From a virus: 64,000 nt of DNA. Positions 1 to 8,483 of the stretch are shown here, piece by piece. The first letter of the stretch is position 1. Each line of letters starts with the position of its first letter. Position numbers and translations under genes: made by a program. The stretch is taken from IMG/VR virus record IMGVR_UViG_3300025818_000017; one strand, 5' to 3'. Under the pieces are notes generated by a model. That model was not told where the DNA came from, searched no databases, and was given only the letters and a program-made list of their open reading frames with translations.

Positions 1-504
1 CCAGTTATTTGGAACGATGAATACAAACACTTGGACTATACAAGAGAATCGTTCAATGACCCAGAATCCATTACCAAATGGAAAAAGCAACATTATATGG
101 TTGCTAACTTTGTTGGAAAGATGGCAGACTTTCGCAAGAAGCAACCAGATTTCACAAAAGAGATTACCAAATACTTTTCCAATAAATACCAATGGAAAGA
201 TGTTGGCGCAAGTTATTATGTTATGGGAACTTGCGATATCCTACCAAACCATAGAGATTTATATGCCCGTTATAAACAGGTTTATGAGTTATGGCATGGT
301 GAAGATATTTGGCGAGCAATCGTATTCCTTGAAGACAGAAAGCAAGGTCACATCTTAGAGATTGAAGGCGAAGTATTGAACTGGAAAGCTGGCGATTATG
401 TGATGTGGAAAAATGACGCAGAACACGCTGCGGCAAATATTGGTATTGACCCACGGTACACCCTTCAAATAACAGGGTGGACTGATGCTGGGGTGGATAG
501 GTAG
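1..504 (+). CDS. 2OG-Fe(II) oxygenase/cupin-fold protein, 5'-partial
   Basis: Frame is open from base 1. HxD (LPNHRD) plus distal H and R (HAAANIG..PRYTLQITG) fit the 2OG-Fe(II) double-stranded beta-helix fold. Confidence 0.7.
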   Translation, partial: PVIWNDEYKHLDYTRESFNDPESITKWKKQHYMVANFVGKMADFRKKQPDFTKEITKYFSNKYQWKDVGASYYVMGTCDILPNHRDLYARYKQVYELWHGEDIWRAIVFLEDRKQGHILEIEGEVLNWKAGDYVMWKNDAEHAAANIGIDPRYTLQITGWTDAGVDR

Positions 505-817
505 ATTATTAGAAATTCTATTATGCTTGATACTACTCCCTATCGCTCTAGGGGTTATATTGTTATGGCTTTCGGCTGAATGGGGAACCAAACTTTATAA
601 CCATATTATGTGTAAAATCTATAAGCATAAGGTATATGTTTCAGCGTGGGAATATAGCAAATACAAAGCCATCTTTGATAATAGACTAAAAAGAAGATAT
701 TACTATATTGAACCTTTACACGAATACTGCTATCATTATGATACATATCACGTTATTGGATACAACTTTAGGATGATGCGTGGTAAAGATTACACTTGGA
801 TGAGTTTGATTTTATAA
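485..817 (+). CDS. hypothetical membrane protein
   Basis: ORF track; N-terminal hydrophobic helix; packed in the operon. Confidence 0.55.
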   Translation: MLGWIGRLLEILLCLILLPIALGVILLWLSAEWGTKLYNHIMCKIYKHKVYVSAWEYSKYKAIFDNRLKRRYYYIEPLHEYCYHYDTYHVIGYNFRMMRGKDYTWMSLIL

Positions 818-1452
818 TGGTTATAAACGACGAGAGAGATTGGTGTTTCTACCATATTATGAAATGCGGTGGAACCAGTATTCGTTCATTATTGAATGAT
901 GTATCTGGTAGCGTAGATTCCAGACATATGCGTATTTACAAGCACATAGAGGTAAGATACTGGCCCAAGCCAATCACACAGAAGCGTGTCTTTACGGTTG
1001 TTAGAAACCCTTGGGAACGCTTTCATTCATTGTATTGGGATATCAAATCCCGCTTCCGCAAAATGCATAAGACGGAAAATAAAAACCCACAACTAAAAGC
1101 TTGGTATTTGGAAACAGCGGAATACACTGAGAAGTTTAGTTTCCCTGATTGGATATTACACGGCAAATACATTCATCCAGCAGAATACAAATACACGGAC
1201 AACCCACTCAATACCCTTGAGAAGAGTATGAGTTATTGTATTGACGGGCACGATATGGATGTGATAAGATTAGAGGATGGACAACTATTAGACGAATATC
1301 TTTCTGATTTACTTGGATATAAGGTAGAACGAGATACACTGAATAAATCCAAGCGACCAAATGATTATCATAAAGAGTATAATCGTAGTGCCCGTGATAG
1401 AGTAGCGGAAGTATGTGATGAAGACATTAGACGATGGGAATATGATTTCTAA
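796..1452 (+). CDS. sulfotransferase family 2 protein
   Basis: 5'-PSB motif FYHIMKCGGTSI and 3'-PB motif FTVVRNPWERFHSLY. Start may be the ATG at 817. Confidence 0.8.
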   Translation: MDEFDFIMVINDERDWCFYHIMKCGGTSIRSLLNDVSGSVDSRHMRIYKHIEVRYWPKPITQKRVFTVVRNPWERFHSLYWDIKSRFRKMHKTENKNPQLKAWYLETAEYTEKFSFPDWILHGKYIHPAEYKYTDNPLNTLEKSMSYCIDGHDMDVIRLEDGQLLDEYLSDLLGYKVERDTLNKSKRPNDYHKEYNRSARDRVAEVCDEDIRRWEYDF

Positions 1453-1651
1453 AGAAGAGTTCTGGGATGCTCTTACACAGCCCACAGATAGAGGATGTTT
1501 CAACTGTGCCCACGATAGATGTTATGGTAGAATGGCGTTAGAGATTATTATAACCACGGAACATTATCATCCTACTGAACCTATATGTGAAAACAATATG
1601 GAAGCGGTAAAGTCTCTAAACGGCAACCTATGGAAATGGAATGGTGAATGA
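1442..1651 (+). CDS. hypothetical Cys-containing protein
   Basis: ORF overlapping both neighbours (ATGA junction at 1648); CxxC motif. Confidence 0.55.
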   Translation: MISKEEFWDALTQPTDRGCFNCAHDRCYGRMALEIIITTEHYHPTEPICENNMEAVKSLNGNLWKWNGE

Positions 1652-2661
1652 TTATCAACAGCAACAATGAATGGGATAAACTAAAGTCAATCGTGGTTGG
1701 TTCAGCGAGAGGGGCACGATTCCCCATCCTTGACCATGTTTTTTCTTTACAAGCGATAACAACCACCTGGGAATATTCCCCATTACCGCAAGGAAAACTA
1801 CCAGAGAAGGTTATTAGGCAAGCCACACAAGACTTACGCCAACTTATTATGCTACTGGGTAAGTATGATGTGGAAGTTCATAGACCACAGCGATTAGATT
1901 TTGATATGGAATGTATCAACTACGATTGGGAAACCGATGGTATGTATAACTATTGCCCTAGAGACTTACTATTAGTCGTTGGAGATACTGTTATTGAAAC
2001 CCCGATGGTTTATCGTTCACGACAGAATGAAGTAAGGGCATATGAAGATATCAAACGAAAAGCGATGATGGACGGTGCGGTATGGATTGCTGCCCCAAGA
2101 CCCACCTTATTAGAAGATGAAGTATTTGTAGAAGATGGGCATACTGTTCTTACAGAAGAATACCCTATATTTGATGCTGCTAATGTTTGCCGATTAGGGA
2201 AAGATTTATTGTATCTTGTTAGTTCAACTGGGAACTATCGTGGTGCGGAATGGCTACAGCAAGTTTTGCCGAACCATAAAGTTCATATTGTAGATGATTT
2301 ATATAGTTACGCTCATATTGATTCGACTATTGTTCCACTTGAAGAAGGTGTTGTTCTACTAAATGGTTCAAGGGTTGATGAAAGTAACTATCCAAAAGTT
2401 TTCAAAGATTGGAAGCGTATCTACGTTGAAGATGGAGAAATGATAAAACAGTATTATGATTCTTACCCTTATGCGAGTAAATGGATTGGTATGAACTTAT
2501 TGGTCATTGAACCTGGGTTATTACTGATGGAACAGGGACAACCATTTCTACGACAGAAACTAGAAAAAGAAGGTTATGAATGCTTGACCACACCCATGAG
2601 AATGGCGAGAACATTAGGGGGAGGACTACACTGCGTCACGTTAGATTTATGCCGTGAATAA
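1648..2661 (+). CDS. amidinotransferase (glycine/inosamine-phosphate amidinotransferase family)
   Basis: NSNNEWDKLKSIVVG start, YNYCPRD, FDAAN, HIDST and C-terminal catalytic GGGLHC motifs. Confidence 0.9.
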   Translation: MIINSNNEWDKLKSIVVGSARGARFPILDHVFSLQAITTTWEYSPLPQGKLPEKVIRQATQDLRQLIMLLGKYDVEVHRPQRLDFDMECINYDWETDGMYNYCPRDLLLVVGDTVIETPMVYRSRQNEVRAYEDIKRKAMMDGAVWIAAPRPTLLEDEVFVEDGHTVLTEEYPIFDAANVCRLGKDLLYLVSSTGNYRGAEWLQQVLPNHKVHIVDDLYSYAHIDSTIVPLEEGVVLLNGSRVDESNYPKVFKDWKRIYVEDGEMIKQYYDSYPYASKWIGMNLLVIEPGLLLMEQGQPFLRQKLEKEGYECLTTPMRMARTLGGGLHCVTLDLCRE

Positions 2662-2701
2662 TAAATATATACAACATATTGCATAAGGAAAAACAAAAAT
2701 A

Positions 2702-3445
2702 ATGAATTGCGATAAAGACGATGGTGCTAAACACCACGATAAATTGACGCAGCACTTAGCGAAAGACCCAGAATCTTTCAAGCGTTTAGCTCAGAAAAAA
2801 TACGAAACAATAGTCCAAACTTTACCGGACAAACAATACGAAACTATCTTGAGTTATGGGTTCAATCTCGTAGCCTGTGGTTTTGCGTTGAACGGACACG
2901 ATGTACATATTACGAACTGTTGTATGGATTGCGGTTCTTGTATTGGTCTTAGTAACCTGATCTATGAAGATGATCTCGCCGATCTTGTATCCCAAGGTAA
3001 AAAGTTTGATCTTGTTCTGGCAGTAGACCAAGCCCTAACATACGCAGACACTAATGAAGATCAACGAGAACTCATTGCCACGTTTGCAAGCATAACTGAA
3101 AAGACCCTCGTAACGACAGTGAGAGATTACCGTAACCAAAACCATAATGATAAGTTCTTTGATGAGCCTTTCTACATCAAACAAGGCGACAACGAGAGAA
3201 TAGTTATCAACCACCGTAAATGGAATCGTGGAGACAGACAGGCTTGGAACAACTATACCTACATCATTGACGAGAACCATAATCTTGATGTCGTCGGTCC
3301 AAAGAAACGCAGAACATTATATTTCAAGCAGCTTGCTAAGTTCTTATACGACAACGGGGCAAAAGATTACACAGTCCACAAAGAACCCCTATATAAGAGT
3401 GGGTTTAGTAAAGCCTTTCAGTATATTATCACAGCGGAGTTCTAA
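2702..3445 (+). CDS. putative degenerate class I SAM-dependent methyltransferase
   Basis: Rossmann-like ILSYGFNL...FDLVLAVDQALTY pattern; late promoter ATAAATA and SD upstream. Confidence 0.5.
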   Translation: MNCDKDDGAKHHDKLTQHLAKDPESFKRLAQKKYETIVQTLPDKQYETILSYGFNLVACGFALNGHDVHITNCCMDCGSCIGLSNLIYEDDLADLVSQGKKFDLVLAVDQALTYADTNEDQRELIATFASITEKTLVTTVRDYRNQNHNDKFFDEPFYIKQGDNERIVINHRKWNRGDRQAWNNYTYIIDENHNLDVVGPKKRRTLYFKQLAKFLYDNGAKDYTVHKEPLYKSGFSKAFQYIITAEF

Positions 3446-3957
3446 TGAAAGATAGTGAAAAACGGGCAATAATCGAAGACGAGATTAGAAATACTGTCCG
3501 TGCGGAAATGAAAAGAGTTGATATTCGTAGACTAGTCGATGAGATTATGGGTCAAATCGTAGAACAGCATATGCGAGACTATACATTCCCAGAAAAGAGT
3601 ATTCCCTCGTCATCTATTGATTTTAGTGATTTCAGTTTGGACCAAGATAGATGTAATATTACACATATTGATAACTTTAGCAGTGGTGGCATTACAGATA
3701 CATCTACAACTGACCAGATCACAGTAACCGATGACGGCGTAAGAATAAAAAGTCTGACGGTAGACAACCTAAATATTATACAGAAGATAAACGTAAAGGG
3801 TAAGGTTCGTATTGGCGATCCTACCTACGTTAAGATTGTTGAGAGTGTCAATAATCAAGCAATGTCCAAGTTCGCAGATAAGATCGAAAAGATTGATTGG
3901 GCAGTCGAAAATATTGTGAAGCTACAGAATGATCAAGGTAAGATTAAAGCAAAGTGA
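3445..3957 (+). CDS. hypothetical protein
   Basis: 170 aa ORF, translationally coupled. Confidence 0.7.
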   Translation: MKDSEKRAIIEDEIRNTVRAEMKRVDIRRLVDEIMGQIVEQHMRDYTFPEKSIPSSSIDFSDFSLDQDRCNITHIDNFSSGGITDTSTTDQITVTDDGVRIKSLTVDNLNIIQKINVKGKVRIGDPTYVKIVESVNNQAMSKFADKIEKIDWAVENIVKLQNDQGKIKAK

Positions 3958-4210
3958 AAAGAGCGATAAAAAATACAGAGCGTGGATAGACGCTGGGACA
4001 AACTATTATTATGGTCGATCTTGGGTAGACGCAGAAAACGTCACACCCGAAATGATTAAAACCGAAAGTGATATAGAAATATTTCTAAAGCTACAGGAAG
4101 CAGACTATACAAAGCACCATGTAGTTGGATGCTTACCGGAATGGTTCATAGATTTCAAGAATCAAAGAGACGCAACAGCTTTTATGCTGAAATGGGTTGA
4201 CAATTTCTAA
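3929..4210 (+). CDS. hypothetical protein, F-x3-D-A-x2-F-x-L-x-W family
   Basis: C-terminus FKNQRDATAFMLKW. Confidence 0.65.
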   Translation: MIKVRLKQSEKSDKKYRAWIDAGTNYYYGRSWVDAENVTPEMIKTESDIEIFLKLQEADYTKHHVVGCLPEWFIDFKNQRDATAFMLKWVDNF

Positions 4211-4224
4211 CAGTGTGGTATAAT
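4197..4224 (+). promoter_or_regulatory. sigma70-type early promoter
   Basis: TTGACA-N16-(TGg)TATAAT; ATG follows 6 nt later (leaderless). Confidence 0.75.
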
Positions 4225-4230
4225 AGACGT

Positions 4231-4407
4231 ATGATTGAAACAAAATACATATTAGGAATTTTACTTATGCTTTCAACCATTGGGTTGTTTAGTGACCGAA
4301 GCGATGACAAGGAGAAAGTACTCACTTGGTTATCCACTAACGCAACATTGTCAATTGTCATTCCAGTTCTTCTTATCGGAATGTTCTTATTTGACCTGTT
4401 CTTCTAA
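4231..4407 (+). CDS. small two-TM membrane protein
   Basis: ATG at 4231; two hydrophobic stretches. Confidence 0.6.
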   Translation: MIETKYILGILLMLSTIGLFSDRSDDKEKVLTWLSTNATLSIVIPVLLIGMFLFDLFF

Positions 4408-5358
4408 GTTACGCTCAAACTCTCGCAAACGTTTCCAAATAGATCGTAGTTCCGTAAGCACCGTCCAGTTTTCCATAATCACATTGAACGATTGATAAAC
4501 TTTTTGGAATGCGTTACTGACCTGTACCATAACGCCCAACATAATAGCACCCGTAAACAAACTTGGACCCATCACCAGATATGGGGCAACTACCATAAAC
4601 TGTCCTAAACTATTAGACCATAAATCAAAATAACCGTAATGATTGAATAAACGCTGATAGTTGAATCGTAATCCTGTAAATAACTCTACAACTGTTTCTG
4701 TTTTACCGTAGTTATTTTTATCATCTTCCGCATACACTAACTCTTTACGGAATGCTGCTTCTACCTTCTGGTTATTATATTCCAATCCTGGCAAGAACCA
4801 TCCCACGAACCAACTAATAATAATCCCGCCGATGCTAACTGCAATCGCTAACCATACCAGTGACCCATCAATGCTGGCGAATGGTTCAATGCTGACGTCG
4901 TTGGATAATTCCCAAAGGATTGGAATAAAAGCAATAACAAGCATAACTGCTTTTACAACTTGCATACCCAAACTTTCTAAAATCTTTGCTAAACGGTGTG
5001 TGTCTTCCTGTATACGCTGGCTGGCACCCTCAATCTCATGTTCAACCTTCTGCCATCGTGGTAGATAGTTGAACGTGATTGCTTCACGCCAACGAAATAT
5101 CCATACTCTGCCGAACCAGTTTGTAGCAGAAACGATTGCAACATATGGCATAGCCAAATATAGGAATGTTTCTATGCCATCCCAAAACTTGGATACAGGA
5201 TGCTTGGTTGCTTCTTGTAGGATATTGTAGAAATCTCTATACCAACTGTTTATCATAACAGTGATTTCTACTTGTGAATAGATTGAAGCGAGAAGTAATA
5301 AGGCACCACCCCAAGCCCATAACACCCATTCACGGCTGGTAAAAAATGCTTTGAACAT
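4387..5358 (-). CDS. sbmA: SbmA/BacA-family peptide transporter
   Basis: MFKAFF..WAWGG..VMINSWYRDFY, EGASQRIQEDT, GLEYNNQKVEAAFRKELVYAED. True start at 5358, 4 nt after a GTAAATA late promoter. Confidence 0.88.
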   Translation of the reverse strand: MFKAFFTSREWVLWAWGGALLLLASIYSQVEITVMINSWYRDFYNILQEATKHPVSKFWDGIETFLYLAMPYVAIVSATNWFGRVWIFRWREAITFNYLPRWQKVEHEIEGASQRIQEDTHRLAKILESLGMQVVKAVMLVIAFIPILWELSNDVSIEPFASIDGSLVWLAIAVSIGGIIISWFVGWFLPGLEYNNQKVEAAFRKELVYAEDDKNNYGKTETVVELFTGLRFNYQRLFNHYGYFDLWSNSLGQFMVVAPYLVMGPSLFTGAIMLGVMVQVSNAFQKVYQSFNVIMENWTVLTELRSIWKRLREFERNLEEQVK

Positions 5359-5516
5359 AAGGTATTTACATAAATAAAAGTGTGCAGGGGCTTTTCTTGC
5401 CCCCGATATTGACCGTGACGCTTGTGTACAATACACTTTACCATACGGAACGCCACATCGTATAGATTGATCTTCTTAGCACATTCATGATATAATGTAT
5501 AAAATAAGGAGATTAA

Positions 5517-6446
5517 ATGAAAAAGTTCCCAATACGTCCAACTGGCATTATGATTGCGTCAAGCTGTAATTTGGCTTGTTATGGTTGTGATAGATACATT
5601 GAACACGATCATCCTGGTTTTACCAGATGGAAAGATGCAGAGCAATGGATGGATATTTGGAGTAAACGAGTATATTTTCCAGATATGATTGATGAACAGG
5701 GTACGAATAGAACTGGCAATATTAGTCTAATTGGTGGTGAACCAACTATGCATCCCGATTTAAAAGAATGGATTTATGGTATCGCCCAATATTTTCCTGA
5801 ACCCGAAAAATCACTATCAACGAATGGTCTTAAAATTCCCCATCTACCCGATCTATATAAATGGTTACAGGATACAAATATAAAGCTTTATGTTAGCGAG
5901 CATTCTAAAGACCCTGCGTATCAGCGTATGTGGAAGAATACACTAAAAACTATTTTCGCTTGGGATAAATGGGAAAAAATTAGTGAAGCCAGAACAAATT
6001 TAGGATTATCCCACGAAAGATTTAAAAGTGCTGCTGGTGTAACACTGCGAATAAAATATTGCGATCATATCAATTGGGTAAAATCTTATCAAGGTTACGG
6101 TCCCACAATGATGCCATACGAAGATAATGATCCAGAAAAAAGTTTTAAAGCACATAAATCAATGACTTGTGCTTCCCTATACGAAGGAAAGTTTTATAAA
6201 TGTGCTACTATCGCTATGTTACGACCACAGTTAGAAAAATATAATTTACAAGACCATCCAAAATGGCAACGGTATTATAATTTCCAAGGATTAGATTACG
6301 ATTGTTCCGATGAAGAACTACAAGAATTTTCTGAAAATTCAGATAAAGCTCATTGGATGTGCGGTAAATGTCCTGCTAATCCCGTGGAAATCGGTCAACC
6401 ATACGCCGATATATTAAAGAAACCATCATATTATAAAGGTCTTTGA
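5517..6446 (+). CDS. radical SAM protein
   Basis: CxxxCxxC (CNLACYGC), GGEPTMHP, C-terminal Cys cluster; SD AAGGAG. Confidence 0.85.
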   Translation: MKKFPIRPTGIMIASSCNLACYGCDRYIEHDHPGFTRWKDAEQWMDIWSKRVYFPDMIDEQGTNRTGNISLIGGEPTMHPDLKEWIYGIAQYFPEPEKSLSTNGLKIPHLPDLYKWLQDTNIKLYVSEHSKDPAYQRMWKNTLKTIFAWDKWEKISEARTNLGLSHERFKSAAGVTLRIKYCDHINWVKSYQGYGPTMMPYEDNDPEKSFKAHKSMTCASLYEGKFYKCATIAMLRPQLEKYNLQDHPKWQRYYNFQGLDYDCSDEELQEFSENSDKAHWMCGKCPANPVEIGQPYADILKKPSYYKGL

Positions 6447-6476
6447 ATAACTACTCAAAAGGTTACGAAGAAATCG

Positions 6477-6938
6477 TTATTGACTGAACCATTCAATCTT
6501 ACCAGATTGAACATCCTTGACGATACGATCCCATATCATCTTGCCAAACTGTTCTTGTAAGTCTTGGTATTGTTCTTTAAGTAGTACTTCTTTTGATTTT
6601 ACTACTTGTGTATCTTTTGGATTTTTTAGGATGCGTTGCTTGCCTCGTATTTTGTAACCACCCTTAGATGTATTATAGCCGTTTTCAATGCAGTTATGCT
6701 CTTCAATGAGAATAGCCTCTTTCGCAAGAGCATCGTTGGGGCAACTGCTTTGGTAGATTTCTTCAATATGAAAGTTTTCAAATCCTATATCTCTCATGGC
6801 ACTTGCTAACTTGTTGCTGCTACGTTTCATAGATTGTTTGTGACCACGCATACGATGCTTGATCCCATTTTTGGTAAACCCAATATAGATTTTGTCGTTG
6901 ATATTATTTGTTATTTTATAAACTGTGTAAATATGCAT
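6477..6938 (-). CDS. GIY-YIG (Seg-like) free-standing homing endonuclease
   Basis: VYKITNNINDKIYIGFT..HRMRGH..EAILIEEH..NGYN. Confidence 0.85.
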   Translation of the reverse strand: MHIYTVYKITNNINDKIYIGFTKNGIKHRMRGHKQSMKRSSNKLASAMRDIGFENFHIEEIYQSSCPNDALAKEAILIEEHNCIENGYNTSKGGYKIRGKQRILKNPKDTQVVKSKEVLLKEQYQDLQEQFGKMIWDRIVKDVQSGKIEWFSQ

Positions 6939-7008
6939 GTGCTGTAACTCCTTATCAGTTATAGAGTAGTCGGGGATTGCCCTCCCGTGGACTACACTTT
7001 TATTTATG
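6939..7008 (-). promoter_or_regulatory. late promoter plus two-hairpin leader sequestering the endonuclease SD
   Basis: Minus strand: CATAAATA, hairpin GTAGTC-CAC-GGGA/TCCC-C-GACTAC, then TAACT-GATAAGG-AGTTA covering AAGGAG. Confidence 0.75.
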
Positions 7009-7062
7009 CATAAACTGCAATACAGATATGTAATAATACCCTAAAGATTTCCTATGCTGCAC

Positions 7063-7093
7063 TTGCACACTGTGCCTAAATACAGTGTATAAT
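7063..7093 (+). promoter_or_regulatory. promoter with palindromic operator and TGCA repeats
   Basis: TTGCAC...TATAAT (7088-7093); CACTGT-N8-ACAGTG palindrome at 7068-7087 contains CTAAATA; TGCTGCACTTGCA overlaps the -35 region. Confidence 0.55.
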
Positions 7094-7128
7094 ACAATAC
7101 AACATTTACACAAACAAGGAGAAACACG

Positions 7129-7290
7129 ATGTTCACACGAATGAAGAACTTTTTCGTTGACGGTAAGAAGATGCGTATGGCAGAAGCGGACTTCCGCAGA
7201 TATCTACGTGCAGAATACCCACACGAATACAACGCACGTTATGGTGCATACAGCAGCACATCATTATTTTCGGTTAAAGGAATGAGATAG
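7129..7290 (+). CDS. small protein (53 aa), missed by ORF track
   Basis: SD AAGGAG; MFTRMKNFFVDGKKMRMAEADFRRYLRAEYPHEYNARY... Confidence 0.7.
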   Translation: MFTRMKNFFVDGKKMRMAEADFRRYLRAEYPHEYNARYGAYSSTSLFSVKGMR

Positions 7291-7421
7291 TGTTGGGGTT
7301 TTTTTCAAGCTTGTTCCGCAGAAACAAGATGACCGACTACGAGCGTTATTTGTCAAAGGCAAAAGATGTTTATGATTTGGAACGCCGTGAGAAGGCTTGG
7401 TCAAGAGGTCACAGAGTATGA
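7290..7421 (+). CDS. DUF3563-like small protein (43 aa)
   Basis: GTG start overlaps upstream TAG; YERYLSKAKDVYDLERREK resembles the DUF3563 YL-x-S-x-D-x-Y-DLE-x-R pattern. Confidence 0.6.
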   Translation: MLGFFSSLFRRNKMTDYERYLSKAKDVYDLERREKAWSRGHRV

Positions 7422-7546
7422 TTAGAAAGATTTTTAATTATTTCACCAGTGAAGAGTTTGTAAATGCCCAAACAGAAGCAGCAATGCGCCGTGTAAGATA
7501 TTACTACAAACCAGTGGAGAAAAAGGGTGACAAGAGAAGAAAGTAA
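7418..7546 (+). CDS. small protein (42 aa)
   Basis: ATGA overlap with previous stop; MIRKIFNYFTSEEFVNAQTEAAMRRVRYYY... Confidence 0.55.
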   Translation: MIRKIFNYFTSEEFVNAQTEAAMRRVRYYYKPVEKKGDKRRK

Positions 7547-7640
7547 AGAACTAGTTGCGGCATACCATAGAATTATGTCTGCATATTGGAAAGCATATAA
7601 AACTATTTGTAATGAATGCAATGAAAGGAAAGTAAAATGA
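7527..7640 (+). CDS. small protein (37 aa)
   Basis: GTG start after GGAG; TGA overlaps next ATG (ATGA). Confidence 0.45.
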   Translation: MTREESKELVAAYHRIMSAYWKAYKTICNECNERKVK

Positions 7641-7825
7641 TGAAATTTGACGATATGATGAAAGCATGGGATGTAACACAGGTTACCGCTAATGTAGAAA
7701 CTGCACAGAAGAGTTTCTTTGACAATGCTGAAACAGTTGTGAAGACATTTTATGGCATTTCAGAAGGCAATCTAAAGATGGCTCGTGAAATGACTGAAAA
7801 ATTTACTAAATCAGTAAACAAGTAA
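7637..7825 (+). CDS. small helical protein, possibly phasin-like
   Basis: SD AAGGA; amphipathic helical sequence AQKSFFDNAETVVKTF..MAREMTEKF. Confidence 0.55.
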   Translation: MMKFDDMMKAWDVTQVTANVETAQKSFFDNAETVVKTFYGISEGNLKMAREMTEKFTKSVNK

Positions 7826-7834
7826 GGAGAGAAC

Positions 7835-8362
7835 ATGATTAATCGAAAAGTACCAAGCGTAACATTCAAGACACGAGTTCGTGATGAATCTATTGGTGGC
7901 GACAATCCATTCCGCTGGCAAGATGTAACAACTGATGATATCTTTGCTGGTAAGAAAGTGGTTGTATTCAGCCTACCGGGAGCGTTCACACCAACTTGTT
8001 CAACTTATCAACTACCAGACTTTGAGAAACTATATGGTGATTTTAAAGCGAAGGGTGTTGATGAAATCTATTGTCTATCTGTAAATGATTCATTTGTTAT
8101 GAATAAATGGGCACAGCAGGTAGTTGATGGTGGATTACAAAATGTAAAGGTTATTCCAGATGGTTCTGGTGAGTTTACTCGTAAGATGGGTATGCTTGTA
8201 GAAAAGTGTAATCTTGGCTTTGGTAATCGTTCATGGCGTTATGCTATGGTTGTAGAAGACGGTGTTATTATGCACTGGTTTGAAGAACCTGGCTTTGAAG
8301 ATAACTGCGAGACTGACCCATATGGAGAAAGTTCACCGCAGAATGTTCTAGAAAACATTTAA
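7835..8362 (+). CDS. peroxiredoxin (Prx5/AHP1-like redoxin)
   Basis: TFKTRVRDESIGGDNPFRW, FSLPGAFTPTCS, SVNDSFVM, DGSGEFT, RSWRYAM. Confidence 0.93.
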   Translation: MINRKVPSVTFKTRVRDESIGGDNPFRWQDVTTDDIFAGKKVVVFSLPGAFTPTCSTYQLPDFEKLYGDFKAKGVDEIYCLSVNDSFVMNKWAQQVVDGGLQNVKVIPDGSGEFTRKMGMLVEKCNLGFGNRSWRYAMVVEDGVIMHWFEEPGFEDNCETDPYGESSPQNVLENI

Positions 8363-8364
8363 AG

Positions 8365-8394
8365 AAAAAAGGCTCCTTCGGGGGTCTTTTTTTT
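8365..8394 (+). terminator. Rho-independent terminator, C(UUCG)G loop
   Basis: GGCTCC-TTCG-GGGGTC followed by T8. Confidence 0.85.
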
Positions 8395-8395
8395 A

Positions 8396-8425
8396 TTGAC
8401 ATTACTTATTATCTCTTGATATAAT
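8396..8425 (+). promoter_or_regulatory. sigma70-type promoter
   Basis: TTGACA-N18-(TGa)TATAAT. Confidence 0.7.
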
Positions 8426-8483
8426 AATATCACGATCAGCGATAGTTGGTCTATTGACCATAATAGATACATGGAGGTATGCA

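Noticed and set aside
7070-7085. CTGT-N8-ACAG, matching the gamma/beta-proteobacterial LexA SOS box
   Set aside because: Gene content points to an alphaproteobacterial host, whose LexA box is GTTC-N7-GTTC. It is a single occurrence with a non-consensus core, so I keep it only as an unassigned palindrome.
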